Source of the DNA: Planctomycetota bacterium | GTDB lineage: Bacteria > Planctomycetota > UBA1135 > UBA2386 | Reading direction: 5' to 3' | Assembly: GCA_965228735.1 (NCBI GenBank) | Contig: OZ245838.1 | Location: 832,001-896,000 of the forward strand | DNA: 64,000 nt | Shown: positions 11,001 to 20,226 of the stretch, in pieces | Numbering within the stretch: the first letter of the stretch is position 1 | Layout: the number at the start of each line of letters is the position of its first letter | Notes under the pieces: generated by a model | Told to the model about the DNA's origin: nothing | Database searches by the model: none | The model's input: only the letters and a program-made list of their open reading frames with translations | Made by a program: the position numbers and the translations under genes

Positions 11001-11131
11001 TCGGTTTGCCGAACGACCCGAGCTACATCGGGGTCAACCTGTTCTGTCAGTGGGGCGTCATCGCGACGCCGGGACGCTTGCTCGGCGCATTCGATCTCAG
11101 CGACGGGCTGCAGGCCCAGATCGGGAACTGA
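8063..11131 (+). CDS. Secreted ELWxxDGT repeat protein (about 17-18 repeats) with C-terminal domain
   Basis: Signal peptide; repeated ELWVTDGT/ELCRTDGT/ELFSTDGT units about 47 aa apart; C-terminal YGHGC...Q...SDGL segment. Confidence 0.92.
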   Translation: MPAVRLIVTSILAGGALAPLTAQNLIANLQPAGGSASGGFFEGFAVAGNGAFAVFSANGRHGRELWVTDGTQAGSDLLVDLEPGASGSFPGEFAVLGNEVLFAATVPGLGRELWITDGTVHGTRLLRDLDPGSGSSSPDELTTFGGFVYFAANVPGAGIELCRTDGTTAGTGIFADLTVGSSSPREFAVVGNELYFTAIIAGAGRELCRTDGTAANTGLAVDVVPGSTGSTPTDIAPFGSGLLFSAFASATGREAYFSDGTAAGTVLLADLNPGQNSNPIEFTDLGGLAVFRATGPAGRELYVTDGTPANTALLRDIRAGISSGVTTEEFVQYQGRAYFSADDGAIGQELWSTDGTPAGTGPVLDLRPGSPDSAPAGFVEIGGELWFVATDAGGDREIWKTDGTATGTVQVIDLEASFSAQPEDLVPFGGGAVLCSAIAPGTGREPFHVDGTVPGSYLLVDTRPAAGDSNPEGWTEFAGGAFFAASVTGVGTEGYVTDGTSAGTAVVDLLPGGGSGRPEHAVAFGGRIVFEGDDGPSGRELFSTDGTLGGTIQLSDVPGGNGVQPRFMVATSTHVFYRGSEAQYGSELHVSDGTPAGTGRLADLNPGSLSSNPSDFAVAGDRAFFVANDGVSGSELFSSDGSLAGTVLHDIRPGTVGSSPDELVDLQGKLVFVANDGSQGLELWCSDGSVAGTNPIADLVPGIGSSSPRDLTVADTRVFFTAAIPGAGRELCVTDGTAAGTGLVVDLVPGGVGSVIRDLRGVGSRAFFLYDDGSGTGAELWTSDGTAAGTHLVRDIGPGAIDGPIPGSLTSILDGQLLLFAASDVASGMQLWISNGTTGGTLPVTSFGVGGRGAVSLGPFLDTGSRVFFAADDGLQGNEPWVFDLNGSGAAFVLNYGHGCSTTPTTVPRIGSTGGLPSPGTTTFAVTLTNAPATTAAFPLVAFTPGSFLLGSGCRQLIGVPYIALPLRFTDPVGDAQIPIGLPNDPSYIGVNLFCQWGVIATPGRLLGAFDLSDGLQAQIGN

Positions 11132-11237
11132 CGCGGAACGTGCCGGCGCGCGTCGGCCGGTCCCGAAAACGCGAGAATTCCGGTCGGTTCGGAGTCTTGC
11201 CTGCGTAGCGCGGCGGGATCGTCGGGTCCCACCAAGC

Positions 11238-12374
11238 ATGAAGCGTTTCCTCCTCGCGGTCGGCATGCTGCCTTGCCTCCTGTCGGTCCTGGCAGCGCAG
11301 TCCTACGTCGTCGACGTCAACAGCGGGCCCAATACCGCGTTCACCGCGCTCGACACGGCAGTTGCGGCGGCGCCCAACGGCGCGACGTTGCTCGTGCGGC
11401 CGGGGAGCTACCAGGCTTTCCACATTTCGGGGAAAGGTCTCACCATTCTCGGTGAGCCCGGCGCGGTCATCGATGGCAGTGCGCCGGGGGCGCTCTGCAA
11501 GGTCAGCTCGCTGCACCCGGGCCAGCGGTTCGCCATGCGCGGCGTCGCGCTCGGGAACGTGCTGGGGCCCGTCGCGGTCGATCTGCACAGCAACGTCGGC
11601 CCGGTGATCCTCGACTTTCCACCGATGGCGCCGGTCGCGGCGCGCTGCGTCGTCAATCAGAGCCACCAGGTGCACGTTCGTGGGCTGCGGATCGACTTCC
11701 CGCACCTGCCCGCGCTCGCGGTCGGGAACGGCGTCTACAGCTTCGTCGACTGTTCGTTCGTGAGTGAGCGCGCGGCCGTCGAGATCGGCGATGCCTACGT
11801 GCAGCTGACGGACTGCTACCTGTCCGGCTACCAGCAGCCGACGCTCGGCCCGGCGCACGCCGTGGTCAGCCTGCAGATCAACTCGCGCGTCGAGATCCGC
11901 GGCGGGCAAATCGACGGCTGGACGGCCCTCGGGGTGCCGTATGCGTTCGCGGGGATCGGGTTCGCGCAGCTCGATGCGGCGACCCAGGTCACGAACGTGA
12001 CGGGCATGACCAACGGGTTCGTTACCCTGACCGTGGCCGGCGCCGCGCGGTGCCGGGCGAGCACCGCGCCGATTCCGAACGGCGCGACGCCGGCGTTCGC
12101 GACGGCGCGCGCGACCGGGCCCGCGGGCAGCGTGGTCGCGCTCGTGGTCGGTCACCCGGGGTTGCCGCAGATCGTCGCCGGGGTGCAGTATCCAACCTGG
12201 CTCGCGCCCCAGACCGGGTTGCTGCATGCGATCGGTGCTGGATCGGTCACGGGCGGCTATGCGGTGCCGAGCGCCACGTGGCTGCGCGGCGTCGATGTCG
12301 CGTGGCAGGGGCTGAGCTTCGACGCGGCGAACGGGCTGCAGTTCAGCAACGCGGCGACCTACGTCCACAACTGA
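11238..12374 (+). CDS. Secreted protein, probable parallel beta-helix, with C-terminal domain
   Basis: ATG 11238 gives a signal peptide (MKRFLLAV...AAQ); YVVD...AVAAAPNGATLLVRPGSY resembles a beta-helix N-cap. Confidence 0.7.
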   Translation: MKRFLLAVGMLPCLLSVLAAQSYVVDVNSGPNTAFTALDTAVAAAPNGATLLVRPGSYQAFHISGKGLTILGEPGAVIDGSAPGALCKVSSLHPGQRFAMRGVALGNVLGPVAVDLHSNVGPVILDFPPMAPVAARCVVNQSHQVHVRGLRIDFPHLPALAVGNGVYSFVDCSFVSERAAVEIGDAYVQLTDCYLSGYQQPTLGPAHAVVSLQINSRVEIRGGQIDGWTALGVPYAFAGIGFAQLDAATQVTNVTGMTNGFVTLTVAGAARCRASTAPIPNGATPAFATARATGPAGSVVALVVGHPGLPQIVAGVQYPTWLAPQTGLLHAIGAGSVTGGYAVPSATWLRGVDVAWQGLSFDAANGLQFSNAATYVHN

Positions 12375-12455
12375 CGCGACGGTGTTTGGTTCCCGTTCGG
12401 GTGCGCGCTACGCTGCCGGCATGGGTGGATACGGCAAGCGGCGCGGGGTCCCGTC

Positions 12456-14825
12456 GTGGACCTGAGCACGTTCGTGCAGCGACTGCGCGACAATCGCGAG
12501 GACGGACCGGGCGTCGTCGATGCCTGGCACCGCACCGAGGCGCGCGCGGCGCGGATGCGACCGGTGCCCGAGTGGCTGCACGAAAAGCTCGTGGATGCGC
12601 TGCGCGCGCGCGGCATCCAGGAGCTCTACAGCCACCAGCGCGAGTGTGCCGACGCGCTGCACGGCGGCAAGAACGTCGTCATCGCGACCTCGACCGCGTC
12701 CGGCAAATCGCTGAGCTACCAGCTGCCGGTGCTCGACGCGCTGCTGCGCGATGGGCTCGATGCGCGCGCGCTGCACCTGTATCCGACCAAGGCGCTGGCG
12801 CGCGACCAGATGGCGGATCTCGAGCAGCTCATCGCGGCCGCGGGCCTCGGTGACGAGCTGCCGGTCGCGGTCTACGACGGCGACACGCCGCCGTCGGTGC
12901 GGCAGGCGATGCGCGAGAAGGGCGCGTGCGTGCTGACCAACCCGCACATGCTGCACCAGGGCATCCTGCCGAACCACACCAAGTGGCAGGGTCTGTTCAC
13001 CGGTCTGCGCTACGTTGTCGTCGACGAGCTGCACACGCTGTCGGGGATCTACGGCTCGCACGTCGCCAACGTGCTGCGGCGGCTGCGGCGGATCTGCCGG
13101 CACTACGGCAGCGATCCGGTGTTCTGCGGCGCGTCCGCGACGATCAGCAACGCCGGTGAACACGGCCGGAAGCTGTTCGAGCAGCCCGTCGAGGTCGTGG
13201 ACGACGACGGCAGCCCCGCGGGCCGCAAGCACTACGTGTTCTTGAACCCGCAGCTCGTGTCCGCCGCGTCCGGCATGCGCGTGCCCGCGAGCGAGTCGGC
13301 GCGCCAGCTCGGCGGCGAATTGCTCGGCAGCGACCTGCAGACGATCTTCTTCGCGCGGTCGCGCAACCAGACCGAGGTGCTGCTCAAGTACCTGCGCGAC
13401 GAGGCCAAGGCGCGCAAGATCGACCAGGGGCGGGTCGCGGGCTACCGCGGCGGCTACCTGCCGAACCTGCGGCGCTCGATCGAGAAGGGGCTGCGCAAGG
13501 GCGAGATCCGGACCGTCGTCTCGACGAACGCGCTCGAGCTCGGCGTCGACATCGGCAGCCTCGACGTCTGCGTGCTCGTCGGCTACCCGGGGACGGTCGC
13601 GAGCACGTTCCAGCGCGCGGGTCGCGTCGGGCGCCGCACGCAGGAGAGCGCCGTCGTGATGGTGGCGCGCTCGTCGGCGATGGATCAATTCCTCGTGCAG
13701 CATCCGGACTACCTGTTCGGCACCCGGCGCGACGCGGTGAGCATCGATCCCGACAACGCGATCATCCTCACGAACCACATCCGCTGTGCTGTGTTCGAGC
13801 TGCCGTTCGATCGCGGCGAGATGTTCGGCGAGGCGGCGGACACCGCCGCCGTTCTCGAGTTCCTGACCGAGGACCTCGGGGTGCTCGTCGAGCAGGGCGG
13901 GCGCTTCCACTACGCCGACCGCACGTATCCGGCCGAGGGCGTGAGCCTGACCGCGGCCGACATGGACAACGTCACGATCCAGGACGTGGAGACGCAGAAG
14001 ATCCTGGCCGAGATCGATCGGCCGTCGGCGATCACGGAGGTGCACGACGGCGCCATCTACGGCCACCAGGGCGACACGTATCTCGTCGAACGCTTCGACT
14101 ACGAGGATCGGCGCGCGTTCGTGAAGCGCATCGACTCGGACTACTACACCGAGGCCGACGTCGAGACCGAGGTCAAGATCCTGCACCTCGACGAGCAGCA
14201 GGATCACCGCGGCTACGTCGCGCACCGCGGCGAGGTGCACGTGAGCACGGTCGCCAAGGCGTTCAAGAAGATCAAATACTACACGCGCGAGAACGTCGGC
14301 ATCGGGCCGATCGAACTGCCGCCCGAGGAGTTCGAGACCGAGGCGACCGCGCTCGTGCTGCAGCCGGAGCTGATCGCCGATCTCGGGCTCAAGCGCGGCG
14401 GCGAGGCGGCGTGCCTGCAGGGCGTCGGCGAGCTGCTCAAGGGGCTCGTGCCGCTGTTCGTGCGCGTCGATCCGGGCGATGTGCGCGTGCTCGCCGAGGC
14501 GCTGCAGCCGCACTTCGAGGCGCCGACGCTGATCCTCTACGACCGCATCCCCAACGGCGTCGGGCTCGCCGAACGCATCTATCGCGTGCACCGCGAGATC
14601 CTCGGCGCGGCGCTCGAGCTCGTGCAGCGCTGCCAGTGCCGCTTCGGGTGCCCGTCGTGCGTCGGCCCGAGCAGCACGCTCGGGGCGCGCAGCAAGGCGG
14701 TCGCGATGGCGATCCTCACGGGCATGCTCGGCGATGGCGCGACGTCGGTGCGAGCGCGGCCCTTGCCCGACAACGGCGCCCAGCTGTCTGGTGAGGGTGC
14801 GGCGGGTGAGGGTGCGGCGTGGTAG
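12456..14825 (+). CDS. mrfA: DEAD/DEAH-box helicase with DUF1998 zinc domain (MrfA/YprA/Hrq1 family)
   Basis: TASGKS, YPTKALARDQ, DELH, STNALELGVDIG, QRAGRVGR; C-terminal CQCRFGCPSC. Confidence 0.92.
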   Translation: MDLSTFVQRLRDNREDGPGVVDAWHRTEARAARMRPVPEWLHEKLVDALRARGIQELYSHQRECADALHGGKNVVIATSTASGKSLSYQLPVLDALLRDGLDARALHLYPTKALARDQMADLEQLIAAAGLGDELPVAVYDGDTPPSVRQAMREKGACVLTNPHMLHQGILPNHTKWQGLFTGLRYVVVDELHTLSGIYGSHVANVLRRLRRICRHYGSDPVFCGASATISNAGEHGRKLFEQPVEVVDDDGSPAGRKHYVFLNPQLVSAASGMRVPASESARQLGGELLGSDLQTIFFARSRNQTEVLLKYLRDEAKARKIDQGRVAGYRGGYLPNLRRSIEKGLRKGEIRTVVSTNALELGVDIGSLDVCVLVGYPGTVASTFQRAGRVGRRTQESAVVMVARSSAMDQFLVQHPDYLFGTRRDAVSIDPDNAIILTNHIRCAVFELPFDRGEMFGEAADTAAVLEFLTEDLGVLVEQGGRFHYADRTYPAEGVSLTAADMDNVTIQDVETQKILAEIDRPSAITEVHDGAIYGHQGDTYLVERFDYEDRRAFVKRIDSDYYTEADVETEVKILHLDEQQDHRGYVAHRGEVHVSTVAKAFKKIKYYTRENVGIGPIELPPEEFETEATALVLQPELIADLGLKRGGEAACLQGVGELLKGLVPLFVRVDPGDVRVLAEALQPHFEAPTLILYDRIPNGVGLAERIYRVHREILGAALELVQRCQCRFGCPSCVGPSSTLGARSKAVAMAILTGMLGDGATSVRARPLPDNGAQLSGEGAAGEGAAW

Positions 14826-15736
14826 CCCCGGAGCGCAACAAACTCGGGCGTGACAAACTGCGGCGCGCGTTCCAGGGCGAACGCCAGCGCCGTGGCGGCT
14901 CGGCGGAGCCCGAGCAACGCACCGAACCCGCCGCACCGCCGCGTGGCAACGTCCGCGCGTTCCTCGCGCAGCGTCGCAAGAAGCTCGCGGCTGGCCAGGA
15001 CCCCGACGCGCGACCGGCCGTCGAGCTGCCGCCCGGCGAGGTCGTGCTGAGTCGCGACGGACCGTTGTGGCGCCGCGAGCTGCGCTATCCGCTCGATCAC
15101 GTGCACGGCCGCTTCCGCCTCGACGCGGCGCTCGAGCTCGACGGCGACCACCTCGCGACGATCGCCAAGACCGACGACTTCAGGGCGATCGACCCGCGCC
15201 AGTGCCTGTTCCTCGACACCGAAACGACGGGGCTGTCCGGTGGGGCGGGGACCGTGGTCTTCAACTACGGCTTCGCGTTCTTCCGCGGCGACGAGCTCGT
15301 CGTCGAGCAGCTGTTCCTGCGCGACTTCAGCGAGGAGGCGGCGATGCTGCGACACGTCGCGGCCCGGCTCTGGCAGTATCCCGTGCCCGTCACGTTCGTC
15401 GGCAAGAGCTACGACCGCCACCGCATCGCGACGCGCATGGCGCTGCACAAGCTGCGTTCGCCCGTGCTCACCGCGCCGCACCTCGATCTCTACTACTGCG
15501 CCCGCCGCGCGCACGGTCACGAGCTGCCCGACACGCGGCTCAGGACGGTCGAAGAACGCTTGCTCGCCGTGCACCGCGAGGACGACCTGCCGGGCAGCGA
15601 GGCGCCGGCGGCGTTCCTCGACTGGATCCGCAACGGCCGCGGCCCGGTCGACCGGGTGCTCGAACACAACCGGATCGACGTGCTGAGCCTCTGCACCCTG
15701 CTCGGTGTCCTGGCGGGAGCGGCGCGCGGGGCGTAA
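14819..15736 (+). CDS. RNase H-like exonuclease (YprB/MrfB family)
   Basis: FLDTETTGLSGGAGT, GKSYD, HLDL, R-DDLPGSEAP, HNRID; overlaps the helicase gene. Confidence 0.88.
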   Translation: MVAPERNKLGRDKLRRAFQGERQRRGGSAEPEQRTEPAAPPRGNVRAFLAQRRKKLAAGQDPDARPAVELPPGEVVLSRDGPLWRRELRYPLDHVHGRFRLDAALELDGDHLATIAKTDDFRAIDPRQCLFLDTETTGLSGGAGTVVFNYGFAFFRGDELVVEQLFLRDFSEEAAMLRHVAARLWQYPVPVTFVGKSYDRHRIATRMALHKLRSPVLTAPHLDLYYCARRAHGHELPDTRLRTVEERLLAVHREDDLPGSEAPAAFLDWIRNGRGPVDRVLEHNRIDVLSLCTLLGVLAGAARGA

Positions 15737-15750
15737 TCTGGCGGCTGCAC

Positions 15751-16884
15751 ATGCAGCACTTGTCAGAACCATCGATCGCGCGACGGCTCACAGCGGGCCT
15801 GCTCGCTTCCACCCTGGCGCTCGGCGCCGCCGCGCAGGACGCGCGCCAGCCGACGAAGTCCCTGCCGGACTTCGAGGAGCTCGTCGCGGACTGGAAGGCG
15901 GCGAACCAGGAGTACCACGAAAAGTCCGCGGCGATCCGCGAGACGGCGGACTACCGGGCCGCCGTGAAGGCCAAGGATCGAGCGGCGATGCGCAAGCTCC
16001 TGAGCGCGGTCGAGCGGCCGGACCCCGGTGAGTTCGGGGAGCGCGCGCTCGCGATCGCGGCCGACTACCCGCCGGACCACGCGCTGCGGGTCCTCACGTT
16101 CGTGGCCAACAACCTCTACGACAAGGCGGTGTTCGCCACGATGATGGAGCGCATCGAGGAGGACTTCATCGCCAGTCCCGAGCTCGACGGGATCCTCAAG
16201 AACGGCATGATGATCGCGTCATTCGTCGGCCCGGAGAAGGCCAACGCCGTGTTGCAGAAGGTCATCACGGACAACCCGGCCGGGCTGCCGAAGGCGTGGG
16301 CGCTCTACTGGCAGGGGATGATGCTGCGGCGTCAGGGCGGTTCGAAGGCGACCGCCGAGAAGCTCTGGGCGCGCGCGGCCGAGCTCGCGCCGGGGAGCAT
16401 CGTCGCCGACAAGATCCACGGCCCGAAGTTCGAGGCGGACCGACTCCAGATCGGCATGGTCGCGCCCGACATCGAGGGCACCGACACACAGGGCGCGCGC
16501 TTCAAGCTCAGCGACTATCGCGGCAAGGTCGTCGTGCTCGACTTCTGGGGCTTCTGGTGAGGCCCTTGCGTGGCAATGATCCCACACGAGCGGTCGCTCG
16601 TGGCAAAGCTCAAGAACAAGCCCTTCGCGCTGATCGGCGTCAACAGCGACAAGGACCTCGACTACTACCACGCCGAAGCCAAGGAGAAGCAGGTCACGTG
16701 GCGGTCGTTCTGGTGCGGTGAGGACGGCACCTCGGGCGCGATCCCGTCGAAGTGGAACGTGACCGGATGGCCGACGATCTACGTGCTCGACCACAAGGGC
16801 GTGATCCGCTTCAAGAACGTCCGCGGCAAGGCCATGGACGACGCGGTGGAGACGCTGCTCGCCGAGATGGCGGGCGACCGGTAG
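15751..16884 (+). CDS. Exported TlpA/peroxiredoxin-like thioredoxin-fold selenoprotein (W-U-G-P-C); in-frame TGA at 16558-16560
   Basis: ORFs 15067-16560 and 16570-16884 share a frame and join as LSDYRGKVVVLDFWGFW-U-GPCVAMIPHERSLV...WNVTGWPTIYVLDHKGVIR; signal peptide from ATG 15751. Confidence 0.9.
16585..16602 (+). promoter_or_regulatory. Candidate SECIS apical hairpin
   Basis: Perfect 7-bp stem CACGAGC-GGTC-GCTCGTG; G-led loop about 31 nt after the UGA. Confidence 0.6.
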
Positions 16885-16891
16885 CCCGGCG

Positions 16892-17425
16892 ATGACCGGT
16901 CCCGTGACGCCCGGTCCCGTGACGCCCGATGCGGCGGGGGATCGGCCGCCGCTGGCGTCGCGGCTGTCGATCACGTTGCCGGTCGTCTGGGGTGTCGGTT
17001 GCCTGCTCGGCTTCGCCGATCCGGGCGACGAGTACGCGCTGTGGGCGGTGGGCTCGATGCTCGGCACGTGGACCGCGCTGCTCTTCCCGATCGGGCATCC
17101 CCAGGACGCCGTCGCGCCGACACTCGTGGTCGGCTGCGCTCTCATGTGGGGGTTCGGCTGCCTGCTCCAGCGCCAGCGCGTGCCGGCTGCGCTCTGGCTC
17201 GGCGCCTGGGTGTCCGCCAGTGCGGCATTCTTCCTGGCGCTGCACGGCGCCCACAGCGACCACGCCGCGGCGGTGCAGAAGCACGGCTCGACGGCCGCAT
17301 TCGTGGCCTGCGCGTCACAGCTGGGGGTCTACGCGGCCACGGCCATCGCGTTCGGGGCGGCGGTGGTCCGGTTTTTTCTGGAGCTGCGGCGACGGAATCC
17401 GGCGGTGGTGGCGTCGAGGGGGTGA
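16892..17425 (+). CDS. Hypothetical integral membrane protein
   Basis: About five hydrophobic segments; starts 7 nt after the upstream stop. Confidence 0.6.
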   Translation: MTGPVTPGPVTPDAAGDRPPLASRLSITLPVVWGVGCLLGFADPGDEYALWAVGSMLGTWTALLFPIGHPQDAVAPTLVVGCALMWGFGCLLQRQRVPAALWLGAWVSASAAFFLALHGAHSDHAAAVQKHGSTAAFVACASQLGVYAATAIAFGAAVVRFFLELRRRNPAVVASRG

Positions 17426-17484
17426 ACGAACGATCCACCGCGATCACGGACAGAACAAAGAGAGCCACGAGAGAGAGCCACGAG

Positions 17485-18213
17485 ATGAGTCAGAACCACG
17501 AGAGCCGTTTCCTCCCCGCCCTGCTGGCCGCGACGCTCGCGCTCGGCAGCAGCCCCGCGTTGGCCCAGGAGGCCGAGCCCCGGCGCGCCGACTACACCCA
17601 GCCGCCGATCGTCTCGCTCGAGTTCGACGGCGGCACGCTGGCGCACTTCGTGAAGGCGCTCCGCCAGGCCGAGCCGAAGATCAACATCGTGATGGGCGCG
17701 GACGCCGCGAGCGCGATGGTGCCGGCGATGGAGATCCACGCGGCGGGCGTCGATCAGATCCTCGAAAGCGCGTGCTCCGTCGCGAAGTCGGACAAGCGCA
17801 TCACCTACTCGCAGAACCGCGGGTCGGGTGAGCCGGTGTTCGCGATCATCGCGATCGGCAACCCGAAGAAGAAGGCGACGACGAAGAACGTCGACCGCGA
17901 ATCGTCGTCGAACGAACGCACGCTCGTGCTGTCGCTCAACCGCCTCATCGACGGCATCCCGTCCGCGGGTGTCGACGGCATGAAGGTCGAGACGGTCCTG
18001 TCGGCGCTCGAGGTCGGCGCGACGTTCGCGGGCAAGGAGCCGACGATGAAGTTCCACGAGGACTCGGGACTGCTGTTCCTGCGCGGCTCAACGCGGCAAC
18101 TCGGGCTCGCGTCCGAGGTGCTGTCGATCCTCGAGCGCGACCTCCAGCAGCGCGCGATGTCCGGCGCCGCGAAGCGGAAGCCGACCTCGACGTCGACCAA
18201 GAAGAGCCGCTGA
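17485..18213 (+). CDS. Secreted hypothetical protein with secretin N-domain-like segments
   Basis: Signal peptide ending ALAQ; SLEFDGGTL...INIV and KFHEDSGLLFLRGS segments resemble STN/secretin_N folds (by eye). Confidence 0.6.
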   Translation: MSQNHESRFLPALLAATLALGSSPALAQEAEPRRADYTQPPIVSLEFDGGTLAHFVKALRQAEPKINIVMGADAASAMVPAMEIHAAGVDQILESACSVAKSDKRITYSQNRGSGEPVFAIIAIGNPKKKATTKNVDRESSSNERTLVLSLNRLIDGIPSAGVDGMKVETVLSALEVGATFAGKEPTMKFHEDSGLLFLRGSTRQLGLASEVLSILERDLQQRAMSGAAKRKPTSTSTKKSR

Positions 18214-18226
18214 GCGGAGCGCGCGT

Positions 18227-18853
18227 TTGCCCGCGGCCCGCGACCACGCCGGCGATCCGACGATCGCGCGGGATGGCGCGGCCTTGTCGAAGGCCATCGC
18301 GGCCGGTGACGAGGCCGCGTTTGCGGCGTTCTACGAGGCCTGGTTCCCCGCGACGCTGGCGCTCGCGCGCCGCGCGTCGGGCCGCGACGAGGCCTTCTGC
18401 CTCGACCTCGTCCAGGACGTGATGCTCAAGGTGGCGAACAAGATGCCGGCACTCCGGGACGACGCGGCGGTCGGCGCGTGGATGCGGCAGACGGTGCTGC
18501 GCGCGGCCGCGGATCGCAACCGCCAGGAGGCGCGCGAGCGCCGTCGGGCGGAGCGACGGCAAGAACAGCAGCCGGACCCAGCGCCTCCCGAACCGTGGCA
18601 GGAGCTGGCCGATGGCGAACACCGCGCCTGGCTGCAGGCCCAGCTCGACGACCTGCCGGCGACCGACCGCGAACTGCTCGTGGCGCGGTTCTCGCCGGCG
18701 ATCAGCGTGACCGCCGCGGGCGCGCTGCTCGGCCTCGGCCCGAACGCGGCGCACAGCCGATTGCGGCGCGTGCTCGACCGGCTGCGCGAGCTCGCGACGG
18801 CCTTCGGTGGACCTGACGACGGGGCGCGTAGCCCAACGGAGAACGAACGATGA
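18227..18853 (+). CDS. ECF RNA polymerase sigma factor
   Basis: Region 2 (GDEAAFAAFYE, DLVQDVMLKV, W); region 4 (LDDLPATDRELL...AHSRLRRVLDRLR). Confidence 0.85.
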   Translation: MPAARDHAGDPTIARDGAALSKAIAAGDEAAFAAFYEAWFPATLALARRASGRDEAFCLDLVQDVMLKVANKMPALRDDAAVGAWMRQTVLRAAADRNRQEARERRRAERRQEQQPDPAPPEPWQELADGEHRAWLQAQLDDLPATDRELLVARFSPAISVTAAGALLGLGPNAAHSRLRRVLDRLRELATAFGGPDDGARSPTENER

Positions 18854-19335
18854 CCGACTTCGAACTCTCACCCTCGGCCCAGGCGCATCGCGACGCGATG
18901 CTGCCCGGACTCCTCGGCGCCGTCCGCCGGCGCCGGCAACGCCGCGCGATCCGGCGAGCGGTGGCGGTGCTCCTGCTCGTCGGTGCTGCGGCCACGCTGC
19001 CGTTCGTCGATTGGCAACGCGGCGCGAAGGGCTCCGGCGACGGCGCCCACGGTGGCGGGACCGCCACTGACGTGGCGAGCGCGAACGAGCCCGCGTTCCG
19101 CATCGAACGCGTGCCGTCCCCCGCGACCGGCAGCTGGTCCACGGTCCGCAACGACCCCGGGACCGTCGCCCGCTACGCGGTGACGACCGTCCGCCGCGCG
19201 GAGTGGTTCGTCGACGACCGCGGCCTCAATCAGCTGCTCCACGGCGCCGACCGCCGCGCCGGGGTGGTGCGTACGGCGAGCGGCGTGTTCGTGAATCCGC
19301 AGGCGGTCGATCCGTGGCCGCGGAGCGGGGAGTAG
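18850..19335 (+). CDS. Single-pass membrane protein, putative anti-sigma factor
   Basis: ATGA overlap with the ECF stop; Arg-rich stretch followed by one TM helix. Confidence 0.6.
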   Translation: MTDFELSPSAQAHRDAMLPGLLGAVRRRRQRRAIRRAVAVLLLVGAAATLPFVDWQRGAKGSGDGAHGGGTATDVASANEPAFRIERVPSPATGSWSTVRNDPGTVARYAVTTVRRAEWFVDDRGLNQLLHGADRRAGVVRTASGVFVNPQAVDPWPRSGE

Positions 19336-19341
19336 ACCGGG

Positions 19342-19608
19342 TCAGCCCTCGGGATGCGACGCGACCGGCGGCACGGGATCCTCGCCCGGTTCGCAGAACG
19401 GCTGGCAGCGCGCGATGCGTTTGACGGTCAGCCAGGTCCCGCGGATGGCGCCGTGCCGCCGCAGCGCGATCATCGCGTACTCGGAGCACGTCGGCCGGAA
19501 GCGGCACGTCGGCGGCTTCATCGGGGAGATCACGCGGCGGTAGAACCACACCGGTGCCATCAGCAGCCATTTCGGTTGCAGCCAGACGAGCGCGCGCGAG
19601 ACGCTCAC
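19342..19608 (-). CDS. yidD: Membrane protein insertion efficiency factor
   Basis: [30 protein letters not shown]. Confidence 0.93.
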   Translation of the reverse strand: MSVSRALVWLQPKWLLMAPVWFYRRVISPMKPPTCRFRPTCSEYAMIALRRHGAIRGTWLTVKRIARCQPFCEPGEDPVPPVASHPEG

Positions 19609-20171
19609 GATGCACCGCTGTCGGGTTGGCGGTCGTCGCCGCGCTTGCCGCGCCGGCGCTCGGCGCGGCGGCCGCCCAGGGGCAGCTTCGCCGCCGCGGG
19701 CGTCGCGGCCGCGTCCTTGCCCTTGCGGCCAGCTGGCGAACGGCGGTTGGGCTTGCCGCCCGCGAGGACCTTGCCGATCAGCCGCACGAGTTCGGAACGG
19801 AGTTCCGCGAGCGGGAAGTTCTCGTCGCGCTGCTTCGGAATGAGCACGACGTCGAGGCCCGCGGGCAGCCGATACCGTTCGTGGCGGAACGCCTCGCGCA
19901 GGAGACGCTTGAGCTTGTTGCGCCGCACGGCACCGCCGTGGCTCTTGCTCACGGACAGGCCGACGCGCGCGGCGTCTGGGCTGCGGCCGAGATGCCCGAC
20001 CACGGTGAGCCAGCGGCCGGAGGCGCGGTGGCCGCGGCGATAGACCCGGCGGAAGTCGCGCTGGGTCTTGATGCGACAGGTCGCCGGCAGCGTCCGCGCG
20101 CCGGCGGGCAGGTCGTCGGTCGTAGCACTCGCCACGGTGGCGCGTCGCCGATTGTTCTCGCCGTCGGTCAC
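19605..20171 (-). CDS. rnpA: Ribonuclease P protein component
   Basis: [39 protein letters not shown]; next to yidD. Confidence 0.92.
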   Translation of the reverse strand: MTDGENNRRRATVASATTDDLPAGARTLPATCRIKTQRDFRRVYRRGHRASGRWLTVVGHLGRSPDAARVGLSVSKSHGGAVRRNKLKRLLREAFRHERYRLPAGLDVVLIPKQRDENFPLAELRSELVRLIGKVLAGGKPNRRSPAGRKGKDAAATPAAAKLPLGGRRAERRRGKRGDDRQPDSGAS

Positions 20172-20226
20172 GGAATCGTGAACTACCTCGTGCGCGCGCC
20201 CGTTCGCGAGCGCGACTCCGCGCGCA

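Noticed and set aside
12456..15736. DISARM/Druantia anti-phage system
   Set aside because: No methylase, DrmA/B/C-type partners or other defence genes; the neighbour is a YprB/MrfB-type exonuclease, typical of repair.
16558..16560. Nonsense mutation/pseudogene or genome-wide UGA reassignment
   Set aside because: Both internal TGAs fall exactly on redox Cys positions and have downstream hairpins, and TGA is the normal stop for many genes here, so Sec is the simpler reading.
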